IMG/VR virus record: IMGVR_UViG_3300017766_003758
Span: 1-49,858 of that record
Length of the DNA: 49,858 nucleotides
Reading direction: 5' to 3' (one strand)
Source of the DNA: a virus
Taxonomy: Duplodnaviria; Caudoviricetes
Shown here: positions 37,300 through 45,519 of the stretch, piece by piece
Layout of the letters: every line of letters starts with the position of its first letter
Position numbering within the stretch: the first letter of the stretch is position 1
Translations under genes and position numbers: made by a program
Notes under the pieces: generated by a model
What the model saw: only the letters and a program-made list of their open reading frames with translations
What the model was told of the DNA's origin: nothing
The model's database searches: none

Positions 37300-37451
37300 A
37301 GGCGCACCGCAAGCTGGAGCAGCTTGTCGAAGCGGGCTTTCCACGCGTTGATTTCCTCAACGTGCCCTCGAACGGTCAGGTGCAGCTGTTCGTTTTCGGC
37401 TCGTAGCTGCATGATTTCGTGTTCCAGTTCAACTATCGCTTCGTCGCTCAT
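37296..37451 (-). CDS. 51-aa coiled-coil protein (absent from the ORF track)
   Basis: MSDEAIVELEHEIMQLRAENEQL...; ATGA and GTGA overlaps. Confidence 0.6.
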   Translation of the reverse strand: MSDEAIVELEHEIMQLRAENEQLHLTVRGHVEEINAWKARFDKLLQLAVRL

Positions 37452-37690
37452 CGTGGCCCCCAGTGCCGAACGCCGGCCTTGTCAACGGTGTAGCTGCGCC
37501 GCTTGCGACGGCGGCGCTGCTTTTCCAGCTGGGCCTGGGTCTTGCCCTGCTTCTTCGGCTGCCGCCACTCCATGCCCAGCATCATGCGGAACTGCTCGGT
37601 CTGGGGCTTGCCCCGCATGGCCAGCATCTTCTGGAGGAAGGCCCACGCGTGCGGGCCAGCCTTCAGAATGGAAGGGCCGCGGAGCCTCAC
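37448..37690 (-). CDS. Basic protein with Arg-rich motif
   Basis: GGAGG RBS; QRRRRKRR. Confidence 0.55.
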   Translation of the reverse strand: MRLRGPSILKAGPHAWAFLQKMLAMRGKPQTEQFRMMLGMEWRQPKKQGKTQAQLEKQRRRRKRRSYTVDKAGVRHWGPR

Positions 37691-37875
37691 TGCGTATCCT
37701 CCCTGAAACGAGGGCCCAACCACTTGGGGCTCGGCGACTCGCCAGACAACCACCGCGCGAAGGTGCGCGGGTGGATGCCCAGCGCCTCGGCCGCGGTGGC
37801 GTTGCTGTGCCCGGTGCGGCGCTTCCAGGCTTGCACCTGCAGCGCCGTCGCCGGGACGTTATCCCGGGCGGCCAT
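37687..37875 (-). CDS. XRE/Cro-like helix-turn-helix regulator
   Basis: SNATAAEALGIHPRTFARWLSG. Confidence 0.8.
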   Translation of the reverse strand: MAARDNVPATALQVQAWKRRTGHSNATAAEALGIHPRTFARWLSGESPSPKWLGPRFREDTQ

Positions 37876-38321
37876 CAGATCAGGCTCGGGCGGGCAGCGG
37901 CCGGCGGGTTCAGCGCCGCATTCACGTCCGCCAGCACCAATCCGAACTGCTCGGGCTTCAGCTCGCGCGCCGTCTTCACGCCGTACTTGGCCAGAATGCC
38001 CATGGCGACTTCAATATCCTTGTCGGCCAGCGCGGTCAGCGGCTCGACCAGCGCCGAGAACGGCACGGCCGGGGCAGTGGCAGCGGGGGCTGGCGCGGCA
38101 GCCGGAGCGGGCGCAGGGGCGGCGACAGGCGCCGGAGCAGCGGCAGCAGGGGCCGGGGCTGTGGCTTCAACCTGAGCCTTCGGCGGACGGCCGCGGCCAC
38201 GCTTGACTGCCTCGCCGGCCGGGGCGGCGCCGGTCTGCTCATTCATGGGGCTGTCGAAGTCCTGCAGGAACGCAGCAGCAGCCGCAACGGTTTCGAATTC
38301 GAAGGTCACTTTCACGCTCAT
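37875..38321 (-). CDS. Ala/Pro-rich protein with AT-hook
   Basis: KRGRGRPPK; C-terminal ILAKYGVK...ELKPEQ domain of the kind often seen near DUF2800 genes. Confidence 0.75.
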   Translation of the reverse strand: MSVKVTFEFETVAAAAAFLQDFDSPMNEQTGAAPAGEAVKRGRGRPPKAQVEATAPAPAAAAPAPVAAPAPAPAAAPAPAATAPAVPFSALVEPLTALADKDIEVAMGILAKYGVKTARELKPEQFGLVLADVNAALNPPAAARPSLI

Positions 38322-38360
38322 GGTCTATTTACTCCAAGTGGTTGATGGTCAGGGGCCGAC

Positions 38361-38390
38361 ACGGTAGCGCGCCTTATGGCGTGGTGTCAA
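38361..38390 (-). promoter_or_regulatory. Sigma70-type promoter for the replication operon
   Basis: TTGACA-N18-TACCGT on the - strand. Confidence 0.6.
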
Positions 38391-38581
38391 GGCCACCAGC
38401 TGCCCGGAACCGGCTCCCATGTGTCGTCTGTAACAACAGGTTTCGCCTCGCTTGCGGTCAGGGCGTCCCGTAGGCGTTCGATTTCTGCCGCAGCTTCACG
38501 CTCCAGAGCGGCAGACTTGCTCCAACCCCTGCGCGCGAGGAAGTCAGCATTGGAGCTCAGCCGGCGTGTCAGGTCACTCAT
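38387..38581 (-). CDS. Hypothetical protein
   Basis: MSDLTRRL...EAAAEIERLR; RBS present. Confidence 0.65.
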   Translation of the reverse strand: MSDLTRRLSSNADFLARRGWSKSAALEREAAAEIERLRDALTASEAKPVVTDDTWEPVPGSWWP

Positions 38582-38876
38582 GCTGTTCCCCTTTGGCTAG
38601 CGCAGCCTTCAGCAAATACACGCACCGTTCGATGCGGGCTGAGAACGGAGGCGAGTGCTTTACGGTCTTGATAATCGCCAAGGCTTCGTCAGCAGCTTCC
38701 TCTAACCCCCTCACCCTCGCCTCGCTCGCGGTCAGGGCGGCGCGTAGGGCGAGAATCATCCTGCCTGCTCCCGCTTCTGCTTTCGTCTGCGGGAAGCCCG
38801 GTCGTGCCGGGTTCGTAAGCCCTTCTAAGAGCCGATGTACCGCAGCCTCGCTGATATCGACGCCTTGCGAGGTCAC
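38574..38876 (-). CDS. Hypothetical protein
   Basis: GTGA overlap with upstream gene; coiled coil. Confidence 0.55.
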   Translation of the reverse strand: MTSQGVDISEAAVHRLLEGLTNPARPGFPQTKAEAGAGRMILALRAALTASEARVRGLEEAADEALAIIKTVKHSPPFSARIERCVYLLKAALAKGEQHE

Positions 38877-39070
38877 AGGTACCACTCCATTTTGCCCATG
38901 CGCTCTGCGTCCCTTTTGTGTTGGGCGTCCTGCGCCCGCCTGCGCTGGAGTTCCCGCAGGGCGGCGACCGTATCCACAATGAACTGCGGTCGGTTGACGT
39001 AGTAGATGCTGGCTAAAGCGTCCTGCGACACCACCAGCTCCGCCAGCCGCTCGTCTGATATGTCGGTCAC
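38873..39070 (-). CDS. Hypothetical protein
   Basis: ISDERLAEL...ALRELQRRR; overlapping start/stop codons. Confidence 0.6.
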   Translation of the reverse strand: MTDISDERLAELVVSQDALASIYYVNRPQFIVDTVAALRELQRRRAQDAQHKRDAERMGKMEWYL

Positions 39071-39228
39071 AACCCCACCTTCGGCCCGTAGTGGCCCGTT
39101 GATTGCTTCTCCCCGCGCGCTGCTTTCTTCGCGGTCTGCACCAGCGCCGAGATATGATTCTTCCGGCGCCAGGCGTGGTTCGTGGCCGGCTTGTGCTTCG
39201 GCTTGAGGGTCGTCACGCGCGGGGTCAC
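39067..39228 (-). CDS. Small basic hypothetical protein
   Basis: HKPATNHAWRR; GTGA overlaps. Confidence 0.45.
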   Translation of the reverse strand: MTPRVTTLKPKHKPATNHAWRRKNHISALVQTAKKAARGEKQSTGHYGPKVGL

Positions 39229-39494
39229 GAGTAGAACCTGCGCTGTCTTTCTTCCAGATAGATGCGCCCCGCCTCGTACCAGTCTTCGAGCGGCATGCGG
39301 ATGCTCAGGTACCCGATGGTTATTTCGAGCTTTCCATCTTCGGCTACCAGCAGCGGGCCGCGGGGCTCCTCGACTTCGGCCCCGGGCGCCGCTTCGGCGT
39401 ATTCGCGCGCTTGCTGGCAGGAGAATTGCAGCGGATGCCGGTGGCCACAACGGGCACACGATATGTTCGCGTAGTGTTTGCCGTTCACTATCAT
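39225..39494 (-). CDS. Hypothetical protein with CxxCxH..C motif
   Basis: SCARCGHRHPLQFSC; ATGA overlap. Confidence 0.6.
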   Translation of the reverse strand: MIVNGKHYANISCARCGHRHPLQFSCQQAREYAEAAPGAEVEEPRGPLLVAEDGKLEITIGYLSIRMPLEDWYEAGRIYLEERQRRFYS

Positions 39495-39655
39495 GCCGGG
39501 CGCTCCAGTTTCTTCAGCGCACTGGCGAGCCCCAGCGGCGGATTGTAGCCGTATATCGTGGCGCGCTCCCGCGACTGGTGGACGGCTTGGGCCAGCACGC
39601 GCACTTCCTGCTCGGTGAACGTGAAGGTGCGCTCGACGGGCTCCTTGGTGCTCAT
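39491..39655 (-). CDS. Hypothetical protein
   Basis: MSTKEPVERTFTFTEQE...; ATGA overlaps. Confidence 0.55.
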   Translation of the reverse strand: MSTKEPVERTFTFTEQEVRVLAQAVHQSRERATIYGYNPPLGLASALKKLERPA

Positions 39656-39768
39656 CGGTCGTCCCGCACGATGCGGTAGGCCAGGAAGGCGCCAACGCCT
39701 ACCAGAGTCCAGACGCCGGTCGCCTTGAGGAAGTCGAAGATCAGAAACAGTTCGGTTGAAGTGACCAT
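39652..39768 (-). CDS. 38-aa membrane peptide (absent from the ORF track)
   Basis: AGGAGAG RBS; MVTSTELFLIFDFLKATGVWTLVGVGAFLAYRIVRDDR. Confidence 0.6.
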   Translation of the reverse strand: MVTSTELFLIFDFLKATGVWTLVGVGAFLAYRIVRDDR

Positions 39769-39860
39769 TTGCTCTCCTAGTTATTCCAATACGATTTGTG
39801 GGTCTGCCCGCCCCAACGGGGCCAGCGGGACTTGAACAGGCGGCGGTACCGTCTGACGGC

Positions 39861-39890
39861 ACCTTGCCACATGGCAGCCAATACGGTCAA
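39861..39890 (-). promoter_or_regulatory. Possible sigma70 promoter overlapped by an operator-like palindrome
   Basis: TTGACC-N18-CAAGGT with TG extension; CGGCACCTTGCCA at 39857-39869. Confidence 0.4.
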
Positions 39891-40084
39891 GCGCATGGGG
39901 CTACCGGATCGCCGCGTAGCTCCTCGCGGTGCGGTTTCGGGAACCGGATGACAGCGGCCGGCGGTGCCGCAGGGGGCGACACCCCGTTCATGCGGTAATA
40001 CTCGGCCAGCCATTCGCGGCGAGTGCTCAGCAGCACACGGGCCTGCGGGCTCCACGGATGATGCCAACGGACACGGATGCTCAT
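39887..40084 (-). CDS. Hypothetical protein
   Basis: TAATG overlap with the methyltransferase stop. Confidence 0.5.
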   Translation of the reverse strand: MSIRVRWHHPWSPQARVLLSTRREWLAEYYRMNGVSPPAAPPAAVIRFPKPHREELRGDPVAPCA

Positions 40085-40674
40085 TACAGTTGCCCCCACT
40101 GGTATGCCATGGCCCGGGCGATGCCCGGAAAGAACGTGCTGCGGATCTTGGCACGGTCAGCGCCTGGCGGGCAGCGGTGCACCTTGCTCCAGCGCTTGTG
40201 CTCATCGGTGCCGGCCTTCGGGGGCGTGAGCACGTTGGTGGGCACCAGCGGGGGCAGCCCTTCCAGCCACAGCGCGGTGCGCTTGAACGCCTCATCGCCG
40301 AACTGCCACGGCTGGACGGTCTGTGTCCACTGGCCGCAAAGGTCGCGCGCGTACTTGTGCATGATCGGATTCTCGATGCACACGCGTGGCGCGCAGCCCT
40401 TGAAGGCATTGAAGAATGCCGCGCCGGCTTCCATGTCGTTCCACAGGTCGCGCTCAGCCAACCAGCGCACGCCGGAGTTAGTCAGGCGCGTGCACGGCGG
40501 ATGCGCAATGACCAGATCCCAGCCCCAGTCAAGCGCCGGCATTACGTCGCCTTGCATGTGGCGCTCTGGCCGGCTGCGCGCCGGTTGCAGGTCGCAGCTG
40601 ATTGCATCATGGCCGGCATCGAGGAACGCGTCGCGCACGGTACCGGATTCTTCACAGGCGACCAGGACGCGCAT
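40084..40674 (-). CDS. Short DNA (cytosine-5) methyltransferase-like protein
   Basis: VLVACEESG, SCDL, IAHPPCT (catalytic PC), IENP, QPWQFG..KRT.LW, FPGIARAMA.QW. Confidence 0.82.
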   Translation of the reverse strand: MRVLVACEESGTVRDAFLDAGHDAISCDLQPARSRPERHMQGDVMPALDWGWDLVIAHPPCTRLTNSGVRWLAERDLWNDMEAGAAFFNAFKGCAPRVCIENPIMHKYARDLCGQWTQTVQPWQFGDEAFKRTALWLEGLPPLVPTNVLTPPKAGTDEHKRWSKVHRCPPGADRAKIRSTFFPGIARAMAYQWGQL

Positions 40675-40889
40675 TACTTGTGCTCCTTTTTGGTTTTCAG
40701 CAGCAAAGCGCGCAGCCGGATTGCTTCGGCCTTCCATTTGTTGCGGTTGCCGCGCACCCAGTACAGCATGGCGCGCAGGCTGGCAATTTTCCTCGCCTGG
40801 CTGCGGCGGTGGTCCGCGATGGGCCTACCAGCTGGGCGCGGGCGGCGAACCCCGGCGCCCGCCATACCGTTGGGCCATGTCGGTTTCAT
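40674..40889 (-). CDS. Basic hypothetical protein
   Basis: ATGA and TAATG overlaps. Confidence 0.5.
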   Translation of the reverse strand: MKPTWPNGMAGAGVRRPRPAGRPIADHRRSQARKIASLRAMLYWVRGNRNKWKAEAIRLRALLLKTKKEHK

Positions 40890-41083
40890 TGGTCGCGCCC
40901 CCGGTGACGCGTGGCCATGGGCTGCCCCTGACCCCGGCGACGCTCCCACAGCCCACGACGGGCAAGCCATACCATGAACCGGCCGAACCAGTAGCAGATC
41001 AGGAAGATGATGCACCAGGCGCCAACCAGTGCCAGCACCAACCACACCCAGAGCACGAACAGCGGGAAGTCGGGCGGGATCAT
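40886..41083 (-). CDS. Small membrane protein
   Basis: Long hydrophobic segment LFVLWVWLVLALVGAWCIIFLICYWF. Confidence 0.6.
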   Translation of the reverse strand: MIPPDFPLFVLWVWLVLALVGAWCIIFLICYWFGRFMVWLARRGLWERRRGQGQPMATRHRGRDQ

Positions 41084-41187
41084 TCGTCGTCCCCCTTCAT
41101 GCCCTCATAGATGACGCGCGCGATCAGGAATGCGAACGCGCACGCAACCGTGAGGGTGATCAGTATTCGAGCAATGATGATTTCCAT
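41080..41187 (-). CDS. 35-aa membrane peptide (absent from the ORF track)
   Basis: MEIIIARILITLTVACAFAFLIARVIYEGMKGDDE; AAGGGGG RBS; ATGA overlap. Confidence 0.55.
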   Translation of the reverse strand: MEIIIARILITLTVACAFAFLIARVIYEGMKGDDE

Positions 41188-41198
41188 GTGAGCCCCCT

Positions 41199-41690
41199 TC
41201 AATCGAAGAAACGGCGCGCGATGCTGGCGCCGAACTGTTTACGGAAGTGACGGCGCAGCCAGTCACCGGCGCGCAGCCCGTTGTGGCGTTCCACGGTTTC
41301 GCCGGTTTCGGAATTGTGGTGCAGCATGGGCGCGGGCATGGCGTGCTCCCGCGTCCAATGCCACAAGACTTCGGCCATCAGCCTGGCGATGGCTGGGCGG
41401 AATTCAACCGCGAAGTATTGGCCCGTGCAGTAGCTGACCGTGCAGCCGTAGGGGCCAGGTATCAGCGTGACGCGGCCGCTCTTGGCAGCGGCGAGGATGT
41501 CGGCAGCGGTTATCGAATCGTGCAACGCCACCTCACGAATGAGGCGCCGCGCGACGTGCAGGTCACGGACAGCTGCGCGCATTTCGCTGGCATAGACGGC
41601 GCGCGTGGCGTAGTTACCGGGCTCGAACCCAGGCCGCTTCGCCGCATAGTTCTCCAGCGCGCCCAGGATTGCTGCTTTGTGGTTGTCCAT
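41199..41690 (-). CDS. Hypothetical protein (163 aa)
   Basis: AAGGA RBS; RPGFEPGNY, YCTGQYF.VEFR. Confidence 0.75.
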   Translation of the reverse strand: MDNHKAAILGALENYAAKRPGFEPGNYATRAVYASEMRAAVRDLHVARRLIREVALHDSITAADILAAAKSGRVTLIPGPYGCTVSYCTGQYFAVEFRPAIARLMAEVLWHWTREHAMPAPMLHHNSETGETVERHNGLRAGDWLRRHFRKQFGASIARRFFD

Positions 41691-41714
41691 TGGTATGGTT
41701 TCCTTTGGTATGGC

Positions 41715-41864
41715 TCACTGCCCAATGGCAGCATATTCGATCGCTTCGACGCGTTCCAGCGCCTGGCGCTTCACCTTGGCAATGGCTTGCGGGATCCACA
41801 GCGCGGGCAGCGACAGCGCTGCGCCGAGGATGAACGCCCAGATGACATATTTCGCGGTTCTCAT
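41715..41864 (-). CDS. 49-aa membrane-anchored peptide (absent from the ORF track)
   Basis: MRTAKYVIWAFILGAALSLPALWIPQ...; GGAGTGACGCCATGA junction. Confidence 0.55.
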   Translation of the reverse strand: MRTAKYVIWAFILGAALSLPALWIPQAIAKVKRQALERVEAIEYAAIGQ

Positions 41865-42037
41865 GGCGTCACTCCACAGTTTTCCAGAAACCTGGCATGC
41901 TCGAAGCGTTGGTTATCCTCGCCCAGCGCAGCACACAGCGAGTGGACGCAATCGTCCCACCCATCCAGCGCGGCGCCATATCCAGGCTTGGCACGCTTCA
42001 GCGCTTCAGCAATCAGGATGTAATCCTTGCGCGTCAT
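41861..42037 (-). CDS. 58-aa MTRKDY-type protein, paralog of 45125-45313 (absent from the ORF track)
   Basis: MTRKDYILIAEAL...EDNQRFEHARFLENCG. Confidence 0.7.
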   Translation of the reverse strand: MTRKDYILIAEALKRAKPGYGAALDGWDDCVHSLCAALGEDNQRFEHARFLENCGVTP

Positions 42038-42207
42038 GGCGTCACCTTCCGGACAAGGGTCCCGTCATCGTCGAACGTGACCAGCCCGGACTCGATGCTA
42101 GCCTGCGCAATGTCGCCGAGAGTATCCGCCCCCCAGTCCACGTCGCGCGCCAGAATGTCCAGAACTTGCGACGCGAAATGAATCAGCGCCTGGTTGTGTG
42201 CGTCCAT
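42034..42207 (-). CDS. Hypothetical protein
   Basis: MDAHNQALIHF...DWGADTL; overlaps on both sides. Confidence 0.6.
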   Translation of the reverse strand: MDAHNQALIHFASQVLDILARDVDWGADTLGDIAQASIESGLVTFDDDGTLVRKVTP

Positions 42208-42593
42208 TACTGGGCCCCCTTGCTGATGACGTAGTTGCGGCGCACGGATTCCATGGGCAGCAGATAGCGCTTCCCATCCGCCAGATCCACGGCCTTCGCC
42301 TTGCTGCCCGTGGTATTGCACCCCTCAATGCTGAACTTGCGGCCGCCATACGGCAGCACGTAGTTCAGCGGCGGGAGCGTGCTGTCCCACTGCTGCATGT
42401 CCACGTAGCGCGATGCATCCTTGTCCATGCCGCCGCCGACCACACCTTCCAGCTTGAAGGTAAACGCGCCTGCCGCGTCATACGTGCAGCGCGGCGCCAG
42501 CTTCAGCTGCGCGAGGTTGTGCCGTGTGGCGATATCCACTAGCGCCGCATTGATATCGGCGCGCACCTTTTCGATTGTCTGTTTCGTGTTCAT
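42207..42593 (-). CDS. Hypothetical protein (128 aa)
   Basis: TAGGAG RBS. Confidence 0.75.
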   Translation of the reverse strand: MNTKQTIEKVRADINAALVDIATRHNLAQLKLAPRCTYDAAGAFTFKLEGVVGGGMDKDASRYVDMQQWDSTLPPLNYVLPYGGRKFSIEGCNTTGSKAKAVDLADGKRYLLPMESVRRNYVISKGAQ

Positions 42594-42613
42594 TGGTTCA
42601 TTGCTCCTAGTTG

Positions 42614-43225
42614 TTAGCAGGTTTCCACATCGCTGTAATCGTCCGCCAACTTGGCGCGCAAGTCGCGGATCGTCTCAATCAATTCGCGCACCTCATCGCG
42701 CACGGCCGCATAGCACGGCCGCGGATCATTCCGCATGCCCAGCAATCGCGGGAGTTTCGCCTTGTGCTCGGCGATATCATCCGCCAGCGTCTGCGCCTCG
42801 CTCCAATGGCGGTTGTAGTCACGCTCGGCTTCGGCCGCACGCTCGGCGTAATGGTCAGCGGCACGCGCGGCAGCCTGCATGGCCTCGCATTCCAGGAAGT
42901 CGTAAACGCTGTGCGGCTCGTCGTCGCTGGCGTAGGTCTCGGGATACCAGACGGTTTGCCCGTGCTCGGTATCCTCATATCCGGCAATCCACAATCCCCG
43001 GCCGATGTAGGCCACGCGGCCGCGAATCACGCCGAGCATGCAATCATCGTCCTGGTACCAGCCTTTGTGGCGGATGCTGCGCAGCCAGCATTCATCCGCG
43101 TATCGCTCATGGCGAAACGTGGGCGCCTTACCGTAGGTGTACCAGACGGGCACGCGGTCGCGGCCTTCCCCATTGAACCCCTGCCACAGCGTGCGGAAGT
43201 CTCGGAAATTGCGTTTCTGTCTCAT
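42614..43225 (-). CDS. Hypothetical protein (203 aa)
   Basis: TAGGAG RBS; HKGWY..D motif; C-terminal coiled coil. Confidence 0.75.
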   Translation of the reverse strand: MRQKRNFRDFRTLWQGFNGEGRDRVPVWYTYGKAPTFRHERYADECWLRSIRHKGWYQDDDCMLGVIRGRVAYIGRGLWIAGYEDTEHGQTVWYPETYASDDEPHSVYDFLECEAMQAAARAADHYAERAAEAERDYNRHWSEAQTLADDIAEHKAKLPRLLGMRNDPRPCYAAVRDEVRELIETIRDLRAKLADDYSDVETC

Positions 43226-43300
43226 GGCTCTTTGCTCCTATGATGGTACGGCACTATGCCATACCTTGATTGTGTTGTGTTGCGGATGTGACTTAACGCG

Positions 43301-43600
43301 TCACTCTGGCAGCGCCTGGTTGTCGCCGCATTCAGCGGCCAGCTGCGCAAGCACAGCGTCCGAATCTTTCGGGCGTCGCATCGACGGCCGCACGGGCAGC
43401 GCTCCGGTGTACAGGCTCCAGACTCCCCGGCGATACTTGGCAGCAACGGCCATGACGGCCGGCCGGCACGCGCGGCACCGAATGGTCAGCGTACCGATAC
43501 GGATTTCGGCCCGTGCTCGGGAGTCGCAATCTTCCGGATACTCTCCGGCGCGTGCTTCGATTGCGGCCGCAAGCTTGGGATCCGAGCCCGTGCGGTTCAT
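43301..43600 (-). CDS. Hypothetical protein with Cys motifs
   Basis: GAGG RBS, ATGA overlap; CRAC. Confidence 0.55.
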   Translation of the reverse strand: MNRTGSDPKLAAAIEARAGEYPEDCDSRARAEIRIGTLTIRCRACRPAVMAVAAKYRRGVWSLYTGALPVRPSMRRPKDSDAVLAQLAAECGDNQALPE

Positions 43601-43848
43601 GGCGTCACCTCGCGGCCTGGTTCCAGGTCGCGGCGAAATGGCGACTCTATGCGGTTCGCTGTGTCGCGCGACTCGGCAAACAGCCCGCAGAGTCGCCGCG
43701 CGTCGCGCACGATATCGTCAGCATCGGTCCAGCCAGCATCCAGCAGCGCGGCCACGCGCTGTCGCTGCGCATAGTGCAGCGCGTCCAGTGCAGCAGCTGC
43801 GCCATTGCGTAGCAGCTGGGATGCTTCAAAGGTTAGCGCGGCGCTCAT
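43597..43848 (-). CDS. Hypothetical protein
   Basis: GAGG RBS, ATGA overlap. Confidence 0.6.
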   Translation of the reverse strand: MSAALTFEASQLLRNGAAAALDALHYAQRQRVAALLDAGWTDADDIVRDARRLCGLFAESRDTANRIESPFRRDLEPGREVTP

Positions 43849-44204
43849 GGCGTAACCTCGCCATAGGCCACAGCAAGCAACGGCTCACGCGTGCTGCGCT
43901 TGATGACAACCACGTTATAGCCGTCATCCTCGCACGCCAGCTGGCCCGCGCTGCCGGCCGTCAGGATTCCCCGGGCCCGCAATTCGCGCAGCAAGGCGCG
44001 CGGTTTCATGTCCGCCATGGTCACCGGCACCTTGCCGATGTGGAACCAATTGTTCCACGTCCAGCTGTCCGCATCGCGCCACGCGTCGATTGACAGCAGC
44101 GAGCAGCACACGGTTTCAATGACGGGCAGCGCCTGCCCGTTGCTCTGTTCCTGCAACACGGCAGGATTGACGCGCTCACCAGGCGCCAGGTTTTCGGTAT
44201 TCAT
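43845..44204 (-). CDS. Hypothetical protein
   Basis: SIDAW...WTWNNW, EDDGYN, EPL.A..Y. Confidence 0.7.
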   Translation of the reverse strand: MNTENLAPGERVNPAVLQEQSNGQALPVIETVCCSLLSIDAWRDADSWTWNNWFHIGKVPVTMADMKPRALLRELRARGILTAGSAGQLACEDDGYNVVVIKRSTREPLLAVAYGEVTP

Positions 44205-44476
44205 TAGCGGTTCCCCTTGATGCGGTTGTTTAAGCAGTCCAATTCGGTGGCCTCATCTTCCGACAAGCCGTACACGTGCGGCGACACTTCGAAGCGGCCG
44301 CACTGGCTAAGCCGTGCGTCGCTGATGTGGAAGTCGCCCACGATGATCGAATAGCACGGATCCCCGAAGGCATCCACGCCGCGCTGTGCGCGCTGTCGCA
44401 GCGCTTTAAGGTCGCGCTGCCGCTGGCGATCGCCCTCGGTGCCGTAGATGTAACCCCATGGCGTAGCGTATCCCAT
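44204..44476 (-). CDS. Hypothetical protein
   Basis: TAATG overlaps at both ends. Confidence 0.55.
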   Translation of the reverse strand: MGYATPWGYIYGTEGDRQRQRDLKALRQRAQRGVDAFGDPCYSIIVGDFHISDARLSQCGRFEVSPHVYGLSEDEATELDCLNNRIKGNR

Positions 44477-44655
44477 TAGCGGGCGCCTCGCGCCAAGCGG
44501 TTCCGATAGGCTTGCGCGATATCGTCGCCGCGCGGTGGCTCAAAGCCACCACGTGCGCGCCAGTTGGCGTAATGGTCTAGGAAGTCAGCGCACAATTCCG
44601 GGTTTCCCTCCTCCAGCGACTCGCGCGCGGCTTTCAAACAGGATACAGGATCCAT
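44476..44655 (-). CDS. 59-aa MDP...WxxxGGFxP-type protein (absent from the ORF track)
   Basis: MDPVSCLKAARESLEEGNPELCADFLDHYANWRARGGFEPP...; GGAGG RBS. Confidence 0.65.
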   Translation of the reverse strand: MDPVSCLKAARESLEEGNPELCADFLDHYANWRARGGFEPPRGDDIAQAYRNRLARGAR

Positions 44656-44868
44656 TTAGATTCCCTCCGGTAGTGGCAAGCCGCGCGACGTGTAGCAGTC
44701 GGCGATTGCTTGATCGGTTCCCGCGTACTCCGATTCGAAGTCAGCAACGGAAGCACGCGCACACGCGAGCGCACTGGCTTCCTGGAACCTGGATTCCGCT
44801 CGGTTCGCGGCGCAGCTTGCCAGCGTCAGCGCTGCCAGCACGGCGGCGACAACGGCCGCGCGGCTCAT
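44656..44868 (-). CDS. Putative lipoprotein
   Basis: Signal peptide with lipobox LASC; two further Cys. Confidence 0.65.
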   Translation of the reverse strand: MSRAAVVAAVLAALTLASCAANRAESRFQEASALACARASVADFESEYAGTDQAIADCYTSRGLPLPEGI

Positions 44869-45128
44869 GCCCGCACCGTGACGCTAAGGGCATCGTGCAC
44901 GCCTTGCGACGTGACGTACTCATAACGGTAGGCGCCGCGGATCAGATGCCAGCCGGCAGGCGCGGCCTTGCGCTTGCTGAACAATTCAATGTGTCCGGTT
45001 CCGGTTCCGGCTTCGGTGAATGCGTGCAGGCCGCTCCCATCCCGCAACGGGTACAGGTAGACGTAATCGGAGCGCATGCGGTCACCGGACGGCAGCGGCT
45101 CCAGAATCGGCAGGCGCGCGCGGCTCAT
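44865..45128 (-). CDS. Hypothetical protein
   Basis: GGAG RBS, ATGA overlap. Confidence 0.6.
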   Translation of the reverse strand: MSRARLPILEPLPSGDRMRSDYVYLYPLRDGSGLHAFTEAGTGTGHIELFSKRKAAPAGWHLIRGAYRYEYVTSQGVHDALSVTVRA

Positions 45129-45313
45129 GGCTGCGCTCCACACGCCTTGAGAAACCGGGCCCGATCGAAGCGGTCATTCTCGCACCACAGAGCGTTCGCA
45201 AGGCTGGCGCAGTCGCGGGCCCATTGTGCGGCGGCGATATCATCGCCTGCCATGTCGGGGGGCGCACTGGCGGCCATAGTGGCCGCTATCAGGTTGTAAT
45301 CCTTGCGGCTCAC
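45125..45313 (-). CDS. MSRKDY-type small protein
   Basis: MSRKDYNLIA...ENDRFDRARFLKACG. Confidence 0.72.
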   Translation of the reverse strand: MSRKDYNLIAATMAASAPPDMAGDDIAAAQWARDCASLANALWCENDRFDRARFLKACGAQP

Positions 45314-45519
45314 GACTGCACCTCGCGCGCCAGAATGGCGGCAGCCTTGTCCGCCAAGCCGTAGGTGTCGGGCGTGTCGCTGTATCCCAGCACATCAAGC
45401 GCATAGCTGACGGCAAGGGCGCAATCCGCCATGTTCTGCCGTGGGGCGCCTTTCATCGTGCGCGCCACAGCCACAATGACAGTGACAGTGTGGAGGGATT
45501 TGGGGATGTTCGTCTGCAT
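45310..45519 (-). CDS. Hypothetical protein, first gene of the early arm
   Basis: TAGGAG RBS just downstream of the sigma54-like promoter. Confidence 0.7.
   Translation of the reverse strand: MQTNIPKSLHTVTVIVAVARTMKGAPRQNMADCALAVSYALDVLGYSDTPDTYGLADKAAAILAREVQS

Noticed and set aside
40084-40674. Methyltransferase as part of a restriction-modification system
   Set aside because: No cognate endonuclease nearby; orphan methyltransferases of this short type are common in phages
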